Positions 18,328 to 28,553 are shown, counted from the stretch's first letter. The stretch: DNA of 64,000 bases from a candidate division FCPU426 bacterium (GCA_030591525.1 JAUVAV010000003.1:17582-81581); one strand, 5' to 3'. The notes: a model not told the origin generated them from the sequence alone. A program made the numbers and translations.

Positions 18328-20556
18328 CTAAAAATTATAGGTATAGTCCGCATTCAGACGGAAAATTCTATTTCCCGAAATGAGCTGGTTATGAAAAGAA
18401 TCATAAGCAATATGATTCTCGAAAAGATTAAATGTCGTAAAAGTTAATCCGATCCCCTGGTATTTGCCGCCCAGGCTTAAATCGTATTGGCTAAGCCAGC
18501 TAAGATTAACCGGTGAGGCAGTATGAATGTTTATCCTGACCAACTTGGGGCTGCGGCCGATATGTGCGTAAAAATTAGCAAAGAAGATATTTTCGTAATT
18601 AAATCCCAACTGGCCGTTAAAAATATCGGCGTGGCCGGGCGCCCAGGAAGGGTGGGCGGTAAGCCGGCCGGAATACAGATGGAAAGCGGCGTAATTCAAT
18701 TTCAGCTTAAAATAAGAGGAAAGCCGGAAAGTACTTTCGATTTCCCAGCCATGTCCGATGCGGCTGTTGTTCTGGGACCAGGTTACCAGGGAGGGGATTT
18801 CATTCAAATCCCGGAGTTGATACAAACCCGGCACAGCGGGCAGGCCCGGATCCACCAGGCTTATATCCGTAAAATAAAGATAGAGCGGAGCGCCAAAAAG
18901 TGAGGCTTGGATTTCCTCATCGGATTTCCAGTAAAAATATCCGCCCTTGACCTGTAACCATTTTCCCATTTCATATTCAATACTGGCTTCGCTTTGTTCG
19001 ATTTTTTCCGGAATTAAATCGGCATTGCCCCGAACCTTATAAATGCCGTAGTTTTCCTGAGAGTGAAGTTCCAGCATGGAGGGAGAGCGAAAAGCCTGGC
19101 CGTATAAGATTTTCCAGCGCAGATTGGGAAGCAGGGAATAAATCAGGCTGCCGCGGGGACTGAGACTGCCGCCGTATTGCGTATTGAAATCATAACGCAC
19201 CCCGCCGAGGAGGATCAGATTATCCGCCGGATAATACTCATCCTGAAGGTAGACCGCATAATTATATTCTGAAATGACATCGGTAATAAAATAGTTGCTA
19301 TTGGACCAATCGTGGGTGAAACTTAGACCGAGTATAAGATAGTTGTTGCCCGGCCAGGATAAATCATACTGGATTTCGGCCAGGAATTCGTTCAGGGGAC
19401 CACCGGAGAGTTTTACAGCTTCAGAGCCGTCGAGTGAAGCAACGTTAATATAAAATCCTCCTATCGCATTTTCCGGCGGGGCGGGCGGAGTCCCGTCCTC
19501 GTAGTAAATGCCAGTGAGGCCGGGTGGCAAATCAGCCGGGGAATCAATTTTGACCGGGTTTAAAATGTAATTGGCTTGTCGCACAAATCTGCGTGGATAA
19601 TAGGTGTCTTCGGCCCGGAAGCTCAGCTGAGATAGCTCATCCAGCGTCCAGGTATACTTCGCGTCTAAATAAGCCGTCTCCTGGAAGTTCTTGTTCCGGG
19701 GAGTAGGAGTATAATAATAGCCTGGATACGGATCCTCCATTTTATGGTAACCGCCGTGCAGTACCAGCGCCTGCCCATGGATTAGGGATAAATCAATCCG
19801 CTGACCCTGATATAGATTATTGGGCGTGATCTGGTTGATCACATCAATATCCCATTGCCGCCAGTAGCTGGTACTTACTGTATAATCCGTCTTTCCCGCT
19901 TTTTTTCCATAACTAAGCAGGTAGTATTGCGAAAGTTCTTCGGTCTCGGAAGTATACCCCGGGCTCACCTTGAGGTTAAGCCCGTTAAGGTCTACGCCTT
20001 GCTTGGTAATGATATTGATCACTCCGGCAAACGCATTGGCGCCGTAGAGCGAGGAACCCGGTCCTTTGATAATCTCGATCTGCTTGATACTGTCCAGATT
20101 GAAACCGAAATGAAGGGCATAATTATTCCAGTCCACAGTATTTATTTTCCGGCCGTTGATCAAGACTAATATTTTATTATTATAGGTAGACTGTATTCCG
20201 CGAAAACGCATGACTTCGAAAACGCCCTCGTAGGCGAATTCCGCAGCTGTGAAATTTAAAAAGCATTCTTTAAGGGTTAAACAGCCCTTTTCCTTGATTT
20301 CCTGTTCGGTAATAATAGTCACGCTGCCGGGTACTTCAGTGAGTTTCTGTAGACGTTTAGTAGCGGTTACTACTAAGTTTTCCTCGCCTAAAAACATTAA
20401 TTCCAGGGATGCTTCCGAAGCCGCAGGGGCGGCATCCGGCTCTTCCCGGGCCTGGATCGCATTTCCCCCCAGTAAAAAACTAAAAAAAATTAATGTGGCC
20501 AGGCCAAGGTTAGGCAGCCGCCGGCTTGTAAATTGACCTTTCGTATGTCTCTTCAT
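18328..20556 (-). CDS. TonB-dependent outer membrane receptor (array copy 3)
   Basis: ENLVVTAT, plug motif GPGSSLYGANAFAGVINIITK, C-terminal ADYTYNF; paralog of the other three. Confidence 0.9.
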   Translation of the reverse strand: MKRHTKGQFTSRRLPNLGLATLIFFSFLLGGNAIQAREEPDAAPAASEASLELMFLGEENLVVTATKRLQKLTEVPGSVTIITEQEIKEKGCLTLKECFLNFTAAEFAYEGVFEVMRFRGIQSTYNNKILVLINGRKINTVDWNNYALHFGFNLDSIKQIEIIKGPGSSLYGANAFAGVINIITKQGVDLNGLNLKVSPGYTSETEELSQYYLLSYGKKAGKTDYTVSTSYWRQWDIDVINQITPNNLYQGQRIDLSLIHGQALVLHGGYHKMEDPYPGYYYTPTPRNKNFQETAYLDAKYTWTLDELSQLSFRAEDTYYPRRFVRQANYILNPVKIDSPADLPPGLTGIYYEDGTPPAPPENAIGGFYINVASLDGSEAVKLSGGPLNEFLAEIQYDLSWPGNNYLILGLSFTHDWSNSNYFITDVISEYNYAVYLQDEYYPADNLILLGGVRYDFNTQYGGSLSPRGSLIYSLLPNLRWKILYGQAFRSPSMLELHSQENYGIYKVRGNADLIPEKIEQSEASIEYEMGKWLQVKGGYFYWKSDEEIQASLFGAPLYLYFTDISLVDPGLPAVPGLYQLRDLNEIPSLVTWSQNNSRIGHGWEIESTFRLSSYFKLKLNYAAFHLYSGRLTAHPSWAPGHADIFNGQLGFNYENIFFANFYAHIGRSPKLVRINIHTASPVNLSWLSQYDLSLGGKYQGIGLTFTTFNLFENHIAYDSFHNQLISGNRIFRLNADYTYNF

Positions 20557-20603
20557 GGTGATGCCTCACTTTACCTCTCTCCGGGGAAGAGGGTTAGGGG
20601 TTT

Positions 20604-21500
20604 TTATTGAATAAACCGCACCTCGGGAAATACTCCCAAGTCATTGATACCCAACATTTTTTGGGTTTTGGGATTCACGTAAATAATCAGCTTACGGGGA
20701 GATTCCCAATTGGTTTTTTTCTTGCCATCGAGGATTTTCGCTGCAAGCTGGGCGGTTTGCTTTCCGATGTCCTGGAAATCCACGTAAAAGGCGGCTAAGG
20801 CTCCGGCTTTCACATGCCGGGGCGATAGGCCGAATAAGGGCAGCTTTTCTTTGAAGGAGTGCTGAAGCAGGAGATCAAAAGCCGCCGGACGGGCCAGGGT
20901 TTTGTCAAGTACCATCCAAAGAATATCCACCCGGTCCTTGGTTAATTTTAATAAAACTTGAGGGATGTCTTCCTGTTTTTCAATCGCGATGGGAAGCAAA
21001 GTTAAGTCATGCGGGTCAACATGCTGACGGGCATCTCTTATACTCTCGCTGGAATAGCTGGGATCGTAAATTACGCCAATGCGATTTTTAGTTGGCAGTA
21101 ATTTATGAATGCGCTTTAATTGCGCATCTATCCCGGGTTTAATAATTACTCCCGTTGCCGGACGTTGGGGAAGATCAGGCGGGTTTAAAATCATGGTACA
21201 GATCAGGGGAAGGGAGCGGTTCAGGGTTTTGGCAGCGAACGCGGCTTCTGTTCCGACGGCTACCACCAGACTGGTTTTGCCAGGTTTGAGACGCTGCATA
21301 ATCCGGCGGCCCTTTTCCATGTCGCCTTCCATGTTCAGGACGCGGTACTCCCAGGAAGAAGCGGAAGCTCCAAAGCCTTTTACCGCCGCGGCATAGGCGG
21401 ATAGAGAGCGGCTTAACACTACTGCCACTTTCTTGGCCTGCCCCGGTCCGGGTAGCAGCAAGATCAGCCCAAAAAAGATTATAAATACACGAAAGTTCAT
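20604..21500 (-). CDS. Periplasmic substrate-binding-like protein (ABC_sub_bind/PF04392-like)
   Basis: Cleavable signal peptide (..GPGQA/KK). LVVAVGTEAA, KNRIGVIYDP, DILWMV.D and GALAAFYVDF..IGKQ.A motifs resemble this family. Confidence 0.75.
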   Translation of the reverse strand: MNFRVFIIFFGLILLLPGPGQAKKVAVVLSRSLSAYAAAVKGFGASASSWEYRVLNMEGDMEKGRRIMQRLKPGKTSLVVAVGTEAAFAAKTLNRSLPLICTMILNPPDLPQRPATGVIIKPGIDAQLKRIHKLLPTKNRIGVIYDPSYSSESIRDARQHVDPHDLTLLPIAIEKQEDIPQVLLKLTKDRVDILWMVLDKTLARPAAFDLLLQHSFKEKLPLFGLSPRHVKAGALAAFYVDFQDIGKQTAQLAAKILDGKKKTNWESPRKLIIYVNPKTQKMLGINDLGVFPEVRFIQ

Positions 21501-21520
21501 ACTGGGTTTTATTCCTCCGA

Positions 21521-23824
21521 CTAAAAATTATAGGTATATTCCGCAGTCAGGCGGAGAATCCGGTTTCCCGAAACACGCTGGTCATGAAAAGGATCATAGG
21601 AGATATAATTCTCGAAAAGATTCAATATTACAAAAGTAAAACCTAAGCCTTGATGTTTATAACCCAGGCTTAAATCATATTGGCTTAGCCAGCTGATATT
21701 AACCAGCGGCTTGGAAGTAGTTTGAATAGTTAAACTGGGCGCCTGGGGGCTGCGGCCGATATGCGCGTAAAAATTAGCGAAAAAAATGTTCTCGTAATTA
21801 AATCCCAGTATGCCGTTAAAAATATCGGCATGGCCTTCGGCCCAGGAAGGAAGCATGGGACACATCCGGGAATACAATTGGAAACCGGCGTAATTCAATC
21901 TTAGTTTAAAATATGAGGAGAACCGGATACTACTCTCGATTTCCAAGCCATGTCCGATGCGGCTATTGCGATTGGTCCAGGTTATACGGGAGGGAACAAT
22001 ATTTAAAGCCTGGGTGTGATACAATCCCGGCGCAGCGGACAGTGCCGGATTAATTTGGCTCATATCCGGAAAATAAAGATAGAGCGGGGAAGAGGTGTAG
22101 GACGGCTGGATTTCGTCACTGGTTTGCCAGTAAAAATACCCTCCCTTGACCTGAAACCATTTTCCTATTTCATATTCAATAATAGCCTCGCTCTGCTCAA
22201 TTTTTTCCGGGATTAAATCAGTCTGGCCCCGAATCTCGTAAATCCCAAAGTTTTCCTGAGAGTAAAGTTCCACCATGGCCGGGGAGCGAAAAGCCTGGCC
22301 GTATAAGGTCTTAAAGCGCAGATGGGGGAGTGGGGAATAAATCAGGCTGCCGCGGGGACTGAGACTGGTGCCGTATTGCGTATTGAAATCATAACGCAGC
22401 CCACCGAGGAGGATCAGATTATTCCCCCAATGATACTCGTCCTGCAGGTAGACCGCGTAATTATGGTCGAAAACAGTTTCAGTGGAAAAATAGTTGCCCT
22501 GGAACCAATCATGGGTAAAACTTGAACCAAGAATAAGATAATTATGATCCGGCCAGGCCAGGTCGTATTGGATTTCAGCCAGAAATTCATTCATGGAGCC
22601 GCCGGTAAATTTATCTTCTGCCGCACCGCCGAGAGCAGTAATGTCAATATAATAACCTCCCAGCGCGTTTTCCGGTGCGGTGGACAGGCTGCCATCGTCG
22701 TAATAAATGCCGGTGAGGCCGGTCGGTAAATCAGCCGGGGAATCAATTTTAATCCGGTTTAAATTATAATTTATCTGCCGGAGCCATCGGCCAGGATAGT
22801 AAGTGTCCTCGGCCCGGAAGCTCAGCTGGGAAAGCGCATCCAGCGTCCAGGTATACTTAGCGTCTAAATAGGCCGTCTCTTGAAAATTCTTGTTCCGGGG
22901 AGTGGGAGCATGAAAATGACCGGGGTAGGGATCCTCCATTCTATGATAGCCCCCATACAGCTTCAAAGCCTGCTGGTGGGTCAGGGACAAATCAATCCGC
23001 TGCCCCTGATAGAGATTATTGGGCGTATTCCGGTTGATCACATCCATATCCCATTGGCGCCAGTAGCTGGTACTTACCAGATAATCCGTCTCTCCGGTTT
23101 TTTTTCCATAACTAAGCAGGCAATATTGCGAAAGCGCTTCGGCCTCAAAATTAACCCCCGGGCTCAACTTGAGGTTGAGTCCGCTAAGGTCCGCGCCCTG
23201 CTTGGTAATGATATTGATCACGCCGGCATAAGCATTGGCGCCGTAGAGTGAGGACCCCGGTCCTTTGATAATCTCGATCTGCTTGATATTGTCCAGATTG
23301 AAACCGAAATGGTAGGGGTAACTGTTCCAGTCCACGGTATTTATTTTTCGGCCGTTGATCAAGAACAGAATTTTATTATTATAGGGAGACTGTATTCCGC
23401 GAAAGCGCATGACTTCGAAGATGCCTTCGAAGATAAATTCCACAGCGGTGAAATTGGTTAGAACTTCTTTCAGGGTTAAACAGCCTTTTTCCTTGATTTC
23501 CTGTTCGGTAATTATAGTTACACTTCCGGGTACTTCGGTGAGTTTCTGCAAACGTTTTGTGGCGGTCACTACAAACATTTCCTGGCCTAAAAGCATTAAA
23601 TCCATGGCGGCTTCCGGAGCCGTAGAGGGGGCGGCCGGCTCTTCCTGTACAGCCGTCTCGGTCCCGGGTTTTTCCAGAGTCGCGAAGGGGGCGTCAATGG
23701 CGGGTGGAACTTCCGGAGCCGGGTTTTCCCGGGCCTGGACCGCGTTTTTTCCAAGCAACAAAAGTAAAATCGTCAGGGCAGTAAGACCTATGCTGGAACA
23801 CCAGGTTAACTTTTTGGTTTTCAC
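21521..23824 (-). CDS. TonB-dependent outer membrane receptor (array copy 2)
   Basis: GTG start with GGAGG RBS, longer Pro/Ala/Glu-rich N-terminal linker, EMFVVTAT, plug motif, C-terminal AEYTYNF. Confidence 0.9.
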   Translation of the reverse strand: MKTKKLTWCSSIGLTALTILLLLLGKNAVQARENPAPEVPPAIDAPFATLEKPGTETAVQEEPAAPSTAPEAAMDLMLLGQEMFVVTATKRLQKLTEVPGSVTIITEQEIKEKGCLTLKEVLTNFTAVEFIFEGIFEVMRFRGIQSPYNNKILFLINGRKINTVDWNSYPYHFGFNLDNIKQIEIIKGPGSSLYGANAYAGVINIITKQGADLSGLNLKLSPGVNFEAEALSQYCLLSYGKKTGETDYLVSTSYWRQWDMDVINRNTPNNLYQGQRIDLSLTHQQALKLYGGYHRMEDPYPGHFHAPTPRNKNFQETAYLDAKYTWTLDALSQLSFRAEDTYYPGRWLRQINYNLNRIKIDSPADLPTGLTGIYYDDGSLSTAPENALGGYYIDITALGGAAEDKFTGGSMNEFLAEIQYDLAWPDHNYLILGSSFTHDWFQGNYFSTETVFDHNYAVYLQDEYHWGNNLILLGGLRYDFNTQYGTSLSPRGSLIYSPLPHLRFKTLYGQAFRSPAMVELYSQENFGIYEIRGQTDLIPEKIEQSEAIIEYEIGKWFQVKGGYFYWQTSDEIQPSYTSSPLYLYFPDMSQINPALSAAPGLYHTQALNIVPSRITWTNRNSRIGHGLEIESSIRFSSYFKLRLNYAGFQLYSRMCPMLPSWAEGHADIFNGILGFNYENIFFANFYAHIGRSPQAPSLTIQTTSKPLVNISWLSQYDLSLGYKHQGLGFTFVILNLFENYISYDPFHDQRVSGNRILRLTAEYTYNF

Positions 23825-23861
23825 GAGCAGCCTCCTGTGGCGGGTAGATATTCCGCGTAAT

Positions 23862-24758
23862 TTATTGAATAAACTGTACTTCCGGAAAAACTCCCAAGTC
23901 GTCTATGCCCAGCTGCTTTTGCGTTTTGGGATTCACATAAATAATCAGCTTGCGGGGAAATTCCAAAACATCTTTATTCTTACCCTCGAGTATTTTCTCC
24001 GCAAGTTGAGAGGTCTGGTTTCCGATGTCTGGAAAATCGACGCAAAAGGCGGCCAAAGCTCCGGCTTTAACCTGAAAGGACGATAGACCGAATAAAGGCA
24101 GACCTTCTTTGGAGGAATGCGCAAGCAAAAGATAGAAGACGGAAGGATGGGCCAGGGTTTTATCAATGACCATCCAAAGAATATCCACCCGGTCTCTGGT
24201 TAATTTTAATAAAACTTGCGGGATATCTTCCTGCTTTTCAATCGCGATGGGAAGCAAAATCAAGGCATGCCGGTCAGCGCTCAGGCGGGCTTTTTTTATA
24301 CTCCCGCTGGAATAGCGGGGATCGTAAATTACGCCGATGCGGTTTTTAGTTGGCAGTAATTTACGAATGCGCTTTAATTGCGCGTCGATCCCGGGTTTAA
24401 TAATTATTCCCGCGGCCTGGCGATGAAGAAAATCAGGCGGATTAAAAACCATGGTATAGAGCAGGGGAATAGTGCTGTTCAGGAGTTTAGCGGCGATAGC
24501 GGCTTCTGTCCCGACCGCTACCACCAGACTGGTTTTACCCGGCTTCAGACTCTGCATAATCCGGCGGCCCTTTTCCATGTCACCTTCCATATTCAGAACG
24601 CGATACTCCAAGGAAGCAGAGGAGACTTCAAACCCTTCCACCGCCGTAGTATAGGCGGTTAGAGAGCGGCTCAATATTACGGCCACTTTCATGGCATGGC
24701 CCGGCCTGGGCAGCATCAAGCATAGTCCGAAAAAAATTATTAATACGCGTATGTTCAT
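23862..24758 (-). CDS. Periplasmic substrate-binding-like protein (paralog of 20604..21500)
   Basis: The ATG at 24758 (MNIRVL...) aligns with the paralog start and follows a GGAGG RBS; same motifs. Confidence 0.75.
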   Translation of the reverse strand: MNIRVLIIFFGLCLMLPRPGHAMKVAVILSRSLTAYTTAVEGFEVSSASLEYRVLNMEGDMEKGRRIMQSLKPGKTSLVVAVGTEAAIAAKLLNSTIPLLYTMVFNPPDFLHRQAAGIIIKPGIDAQLKRIRKLLPTKNRIGVIYDPRYSSGSIKKARLSADRHALILLPIAIEKQEDIPQVLLKLTRDRVDILWMVIDKTLAHPSVFYLLLAHSSKEGLPLFGLSSFQVKAGALAAFCVDFPDIGNQTSQLAEKILEGKNKDVLEFPRKLIIYVNPKTQKQLGIDDLGVFPEVQFIQ

Positions 24759-24800
24759 ACAGCTTTCTTCCTCCAACTACTTCCTCATACGGAAAAAGCA

Positions 24801-24892
24801 AATTCCCTCCCCTGATGGGAGGGGATTAAGGGGAGGGTGAAATGACCTTTGAAAACACCCCCACCTAACCTCCTCCTTCAAGGGGAGGAATT
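24801..24892. repeat. CCCTCCCC/GGGAGGGG-type palindromic intergenic repeat
   Basis: TCCCTCCCCTGATGGGAGGGGA...CCCCCACCTAACCTCCTCCTTCAAGGGGAGGAA lengthens this spacer relative to the equivalent 20-bp spacers in other array units. A degenerate piece sits at ~20572-20600. Confidence 0.55.
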
Positions 24893-24919
24893 TTTTTGGT
24901 TTTCCGCAACAAATACTAA

Positions 24920-27139
24920 CTAAAAATTATAGGTGTATTCTACGTTCAGGCGGATAATCCGGTTTCCCGAAATGCGCCGGTTATGCAAAGTATCAAAAGC
25001 GATGTAATTCTCAAAAAGATTTAGTACCGCGAAGGTTAGGCCCCAACCCTGATACTTACATCCCAGGCTTAAATCATATTGACTTAGCCAGCTGAGATTA
25101 ACCGGCGGCGTGGAAGTGGTTTGAATAGACGTCCCGATGGATTTGGGGCTGCGGCCGATATGCGCGTAAAAATTAGCGAACCAGAGGTTCTCGTAATTGA
25201 ATCCCAGTATGGCGTTTAAAATATCAACATGGCCCTCTGCCCAGGAAGGATGTTCCGGCCACCGCCTGGCATATAATTGGAAACCGGCGTAATTCAGTTG
25301 CAGCTTTAAATAAGAGGAGAGCCGGAAACTACTTTCGATTTCCCAGCCATGTCCGATGCGGCTGTTGTGATTGGCCCAGGTAAGCAGGGAAGGCACAATA
25401 TTTAAAGCCTGGGTGTGATAAAGACCCGGCGCAGCGGGCAGCGCCGGGTCCAGCTGACTTATGTCCGAAAAGTAAAGATAGAGCGGGGAACAAGTGTAGC
25501 TCATCTGGATTTCATCCCGGGTTTGCCAGTAAAAATACCCGCCCTTGACCTGGAACCATTTTCCCGATTCATATTCAATACTGGCCTCACTCTGCTCGAT
25601 TTTTTCCAGGGTTAAATCGTCATTACCCCGGATCTCGTAAATCCCGAAGTTTTCCTGGCTGTTAAGTTCCATCATGGCCGGGGAGCGAAAAGCCTGACCG
25701 TATAAGGCCTTAAAGCGCAGATTGGGGAGCAGGGAATAAATCAGGCTGCCGCGGGGACTGAGGCTGCCGCCGTATTGCGTATTGAAATCATAACGCAACC
25801 CGCCGAGGAGGATCAGATTACCCCACAGATGGTACTCATCCTGCAGGTAGACCGCGTAATTATTGTCGGATACAGTTTTTACGGAAAAGTAGTTGCCCTG
25901 GAACCAATCATGGGTAAAACTTAAACCCAGGACAAGACAATTATGATCCGGCCAGGACAAGTCATACTGGATTTCGGCCAGAAATTCATTCATAGAACCA
26001 CCGGAGAATATTTCTTCTTCCGCGCCGCCGAAGGAAGCAATGTCAATATAATATCCTTCCAGCACGTTTTCCGGCGGGGCGCGCGGGGTTCCGTCATCGT
26101 AATAAATGCCGGTGAGGCCGGGAGGCAAATCAGCCGGGGAGTTAATTTTAGTCCGGATGATATTGTAATTAATCTGCCGGAGCCATCGGTAAGGATAATA
26201 AGTGTCCTCCGCCCGGAAGCTCAGCTGGGACAGCGCATCCAGCGTCCAGGTATATTTGGCGTCTAAATAGGCCGTCTCCTGAAAGTTCTTGTTCTGGGGA
26301 GTGGGAGTGAAAAAATAGCCCGGGTAGGGGTCCTCCATTTTATGGTAACCTCCGTGCAGCGTCAGCGCCTGCGGGTGCGTTAAGGAGAAATCAATCCGTT
26401 GGCCCTGATAGAGATTATTGGGCGTATTCCGATTGACTACATCCGTGTCCCATTGGCGCCAATAGCCGGCACTTACCAGATAATCCGTCTCTCCGTTTTT
26501 TTTCCCACAACTAAGCAGATAGTAATGGGAAAATTCTCCGGCGTCAGAGTTATACCCCGGGCTCAGCTTGAGGTTAAGCCCGTTAAGGTCAACGCCTTGC
26601 TTGGTGATGATATTGATCACTCCGGCATAGGCATTGGCGCCGTAGAGCGAGGAACCCGGTCCTTTGACAATCTCGATCTGCTTGATATTATCCAGATTGA
26701 AGCCGAAATGGTGGGCGAAATTATTCCAGTCCACGGTATTTATTTTCCGGCCGTTTATTAAAACCAGAATTTTATTATTTAAGGTAGATTGTATCCCCCG
26801 AAAGCGCATGACTTCGAAGACGCCCTCGTAGGCGAATTCCGTAGCCGTGAAATTTAACAAACATTCTTTAAGGGTTAAACAACCCTTTTCCTGGATATCC
26901 TGTCCGGTAATGATAGTTACGCTGCCGGGAACTTCGGTGAGTTTCTGCAAACGTTTAGTGGCGGTTACCACAAAATTTTCATCGCCTAAAAACATTAATT
27001 CCAGGGCGGTTTCCGGAGCCGCAGGGCAGGCGGCCGGGTTTTCCCGGGCCTGGATCGCAGTTGCCCCCAGCAACGAAAGAAAAAGTACCAGGGCTGCCGG
27101 GCCGGTACCGCACAAAGAGTTAAGCTTCTGCTTCAACAA
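24920..27139 (-). CDS. TonB-dependent outer membrane receptor (array copy 1)
   Basis: TTG start after GGGAGGA, ENFVVTAT, plug motif, C-terminal VEYTYNF. Confidence 0.9.
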   Translation of the reverse strand: MLKQKLNSLCGTGPAALVLFLSLLGATAIQARENPAACPAAPETALELMFLGDENFVVTATKRLQKLTEVPGSVTIITGQDIQEKGCLTLKECLLNFTATEFAYEGVFEVMRFRGIQSTLNNKILVLINGRKINTVDWNNFAHHFGFNLDNIKQIEIVKGPGSSLYGANAYAGVINIITKQGVDLNGLNLKLSPGYNSDAGEFSHYYLLSCGKKNGETDYLVSAGYWRQWDTDVVNRNTPNNLYQGQRIDFSLTHPQALTLHGGYHKMEDPYPGYFFTPTPQNKNFQETAYLDAKYTWTLDALSQLSFRAEDTYYPYRWLRQINYNIIRTKINSPADLPPGLTGIYYDDGTPRAPPENVLEGYYIDIASFGGAEEEIFSGGSMNEFLAEIQYDLSWPDHNCLVLGLSFTHDWFQGNYFSVKTVSDNNYAVYLQDEYHLWGNLILLGGLRYDFNTQYGGSLSPRGSLIYSLLPNLRFKALYGQAFRSPAMMELNSQENFGIYEIRGNDDLTLEKIEQSEASIEYESGKWFQVKGGYFYWQTRDEIQMSYTCSPLYLYFSDISQLDPALPAAPGLYHTQALNIVPSLLTWANHNSRIGHGWEIESSFRLSSYLKLQLNYAGFQLYARRWPEHPSWAEGHVDILNAILGFNYENLWFANFYAHIGRSPKSIGTSIQTTSTPPVNLSWLSQYDLSLGCKYQGWGLTFAVLNLFENYIAFDTLHNRRISGNRIIRLNVEYTYNF

Positions 27140-27276
27140 GGATCCTCCCGGTTTAAGAAAATATTCTAAGCGCTATTATTATAATTATATATTATGCGCA
27201 ATATAATAGCCATATATTTTCCGGCCGGGGGACCGGAGCTTCTGAAGGGAGGGTTACCGGGAAGTTGCTGAGTTGG

Positions 27277-27324
27277 TTTTAAAACCAAAAGCAGGCAGAG
27301 AAACAAAACCCTGCCTGCTTTTGG
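27277..27324 (-). terminator. Rho-independent terminator after the OMP gene
   Basis: Perfect 14-bp stem CCAAAAGCAGGCAG (27285-27298) / CTGCCTGCTTTTGG (27311-27324), followed by a T run on the minus strand. Confidence 0.7.
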
Positions 27325-27350
27325 GTGATCAATCTTCTGGATTCCGGGTA

Positions 27351-28130
27351 TTAAAAATACAACTTTGCGCCGCCCTTGATAATCAGGCCGCTGTAATCGA
27401 GTTCCATGTTTTCAACATTTCCATCCGCGTCCATTACTTCTATAACCTCGCCATCCTCGTCTTTAACTTCGGTGATTTTAAGTATGCGGTAGCCGAGGTC
27501 AGCACCTACTGAGATCATGGGATTAACAAACATTTCTCCGCCGACTAAAATTTTAAATCCAATACCTGAACCGCTGACCTTCTCATCTTCACTCACGATA
27601 GTAGTAGTGATGCCCATCATCTCATTCGTTACTTCCATCGTCATTGAACCGGCTACAGAGGCGTAGTCCAACCCGATGCCGCCGGTCAGCAGCATGGTGC
27701 CGCCTATGGGCATGGCGTATTTAATTACTGGACCGAAGCCCAATGCTCCGGCGCTGGCTTCCATTTTCATAATTGTAGAATAGGGGATACCCATAATGGT
27801 ACCACTGTCTTCTCCTTCCCCCTTGCTCACGGCCGTTAAATAATCGATTTCCAGTCCCACCAGGAGGTTAGACATAAGGCCGTACATGACTCCTCCGCCG
27901 AAAGTCAGACCGCCGTTGAGCTTACTAATGCCGTCACTCGTAAGGCCCATAAGCTCTATAAACTCATTTTGAAGATCCACTTGTTCATTATATTGATCCA
28001 TGGCATACATGCTGTAACCTAAGTTGCCGAAAAGACCTATTTTTCCCGCAATTGAGTTGGCACTTGCCATCTGTACAACCAGCAAACTTCCCGCCATTAG
28101 CATAAACAATCCTGTAAAAGTTCTTTTCAT
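27351..28130 (-). CDS. Outer membrane beta-barrel protein (8-stranded OmpA/OmpW-like)
   Basis: Signal peptide (..MASA), alternating amphipathic strands, C-terminal GGAKLYF. Confidence 0.8.
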   Translation of the reverse strand: MKRTFTGLFMLMAGSLLVVQMASANSIAGKIGLFGNLGYSMYAMDQYNEQVDLQNEFIELMGLTSDGISKLNGGLTFGGGVMYGLMSNLLVGLEIDYLTAVSKGEGEDSGTIMGIPYSTIMKMEASAGALGFGPVIKYAMPIGGTMLLTGGIGLDYASVAGSMTMEVTNEMMGITTTIVSEDEKVSGSGIGFKILVGGEMFVNPMISVGADLGYRILKITEVKDEDGEVIEVMDADGNVENMELDYSGLIIKGGAKLYF

Positions 28131-28463
28131 TTTTCCTCCTTGGAATATTGGGATATTTTATTTATTTAACCTATCTACACTTAGTTTTTTAAGCTCTCAC
28201 CCCCCTAAGATGTGTTATGGCGGTTTGTCGCCGCCAAGTGTATGTTTAAAGAAACCTTGGTTGCATAGGGCAAAAGGTTCCTTTGGCAATAGGGTGTTAG
28301 AAACCATCTAATTTTAAAAATTATGCTAAATCATAACAAAAACAAAATAGAAACGTCAATTAAAAAAAATCTTCCGTAATCGATTACTGAAGCAACATAA
28401 GTGCTGTCTAGTTGCCCTGCCTTTCTCGCGCTGTAAGTAATCGGGGACATTCTTCCCCTTAGC

Positions 28464-28492
28464 TTGACTTTTTCCGGCCCATTTGCTATTAT
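28464..28492 (+). promoter_or_regulatory. Sigma70-type promoter for guaB
   Basis: TTGACT-17 nt-TATTAT with an extended -10 TG. Confidence 0.6.
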
Positions 28493-28553
28493 CCGAATTT
28501 CCTCCGGAGTTATCAGACAGGCTCCGGTTACAGGTTGAGAGGAGGTTTTAGCC

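Noticed and set aside
15917-27139. Receptor array as a diversity-generating retroelement or invertible shufflon
   Set aside because: No reverse transcriptase or recombinase, all copies are co-oriented, no inverted crossover sites were seen, and differences are not confined to adenines.
27173-27209. AT-rich inverted repeat upstream of the receptor array as a Fur box
   Set aside because: Only a loose resemblance to GATAATGATAATCATTATC, which is expected by chance in AT-rich promoter DNA.
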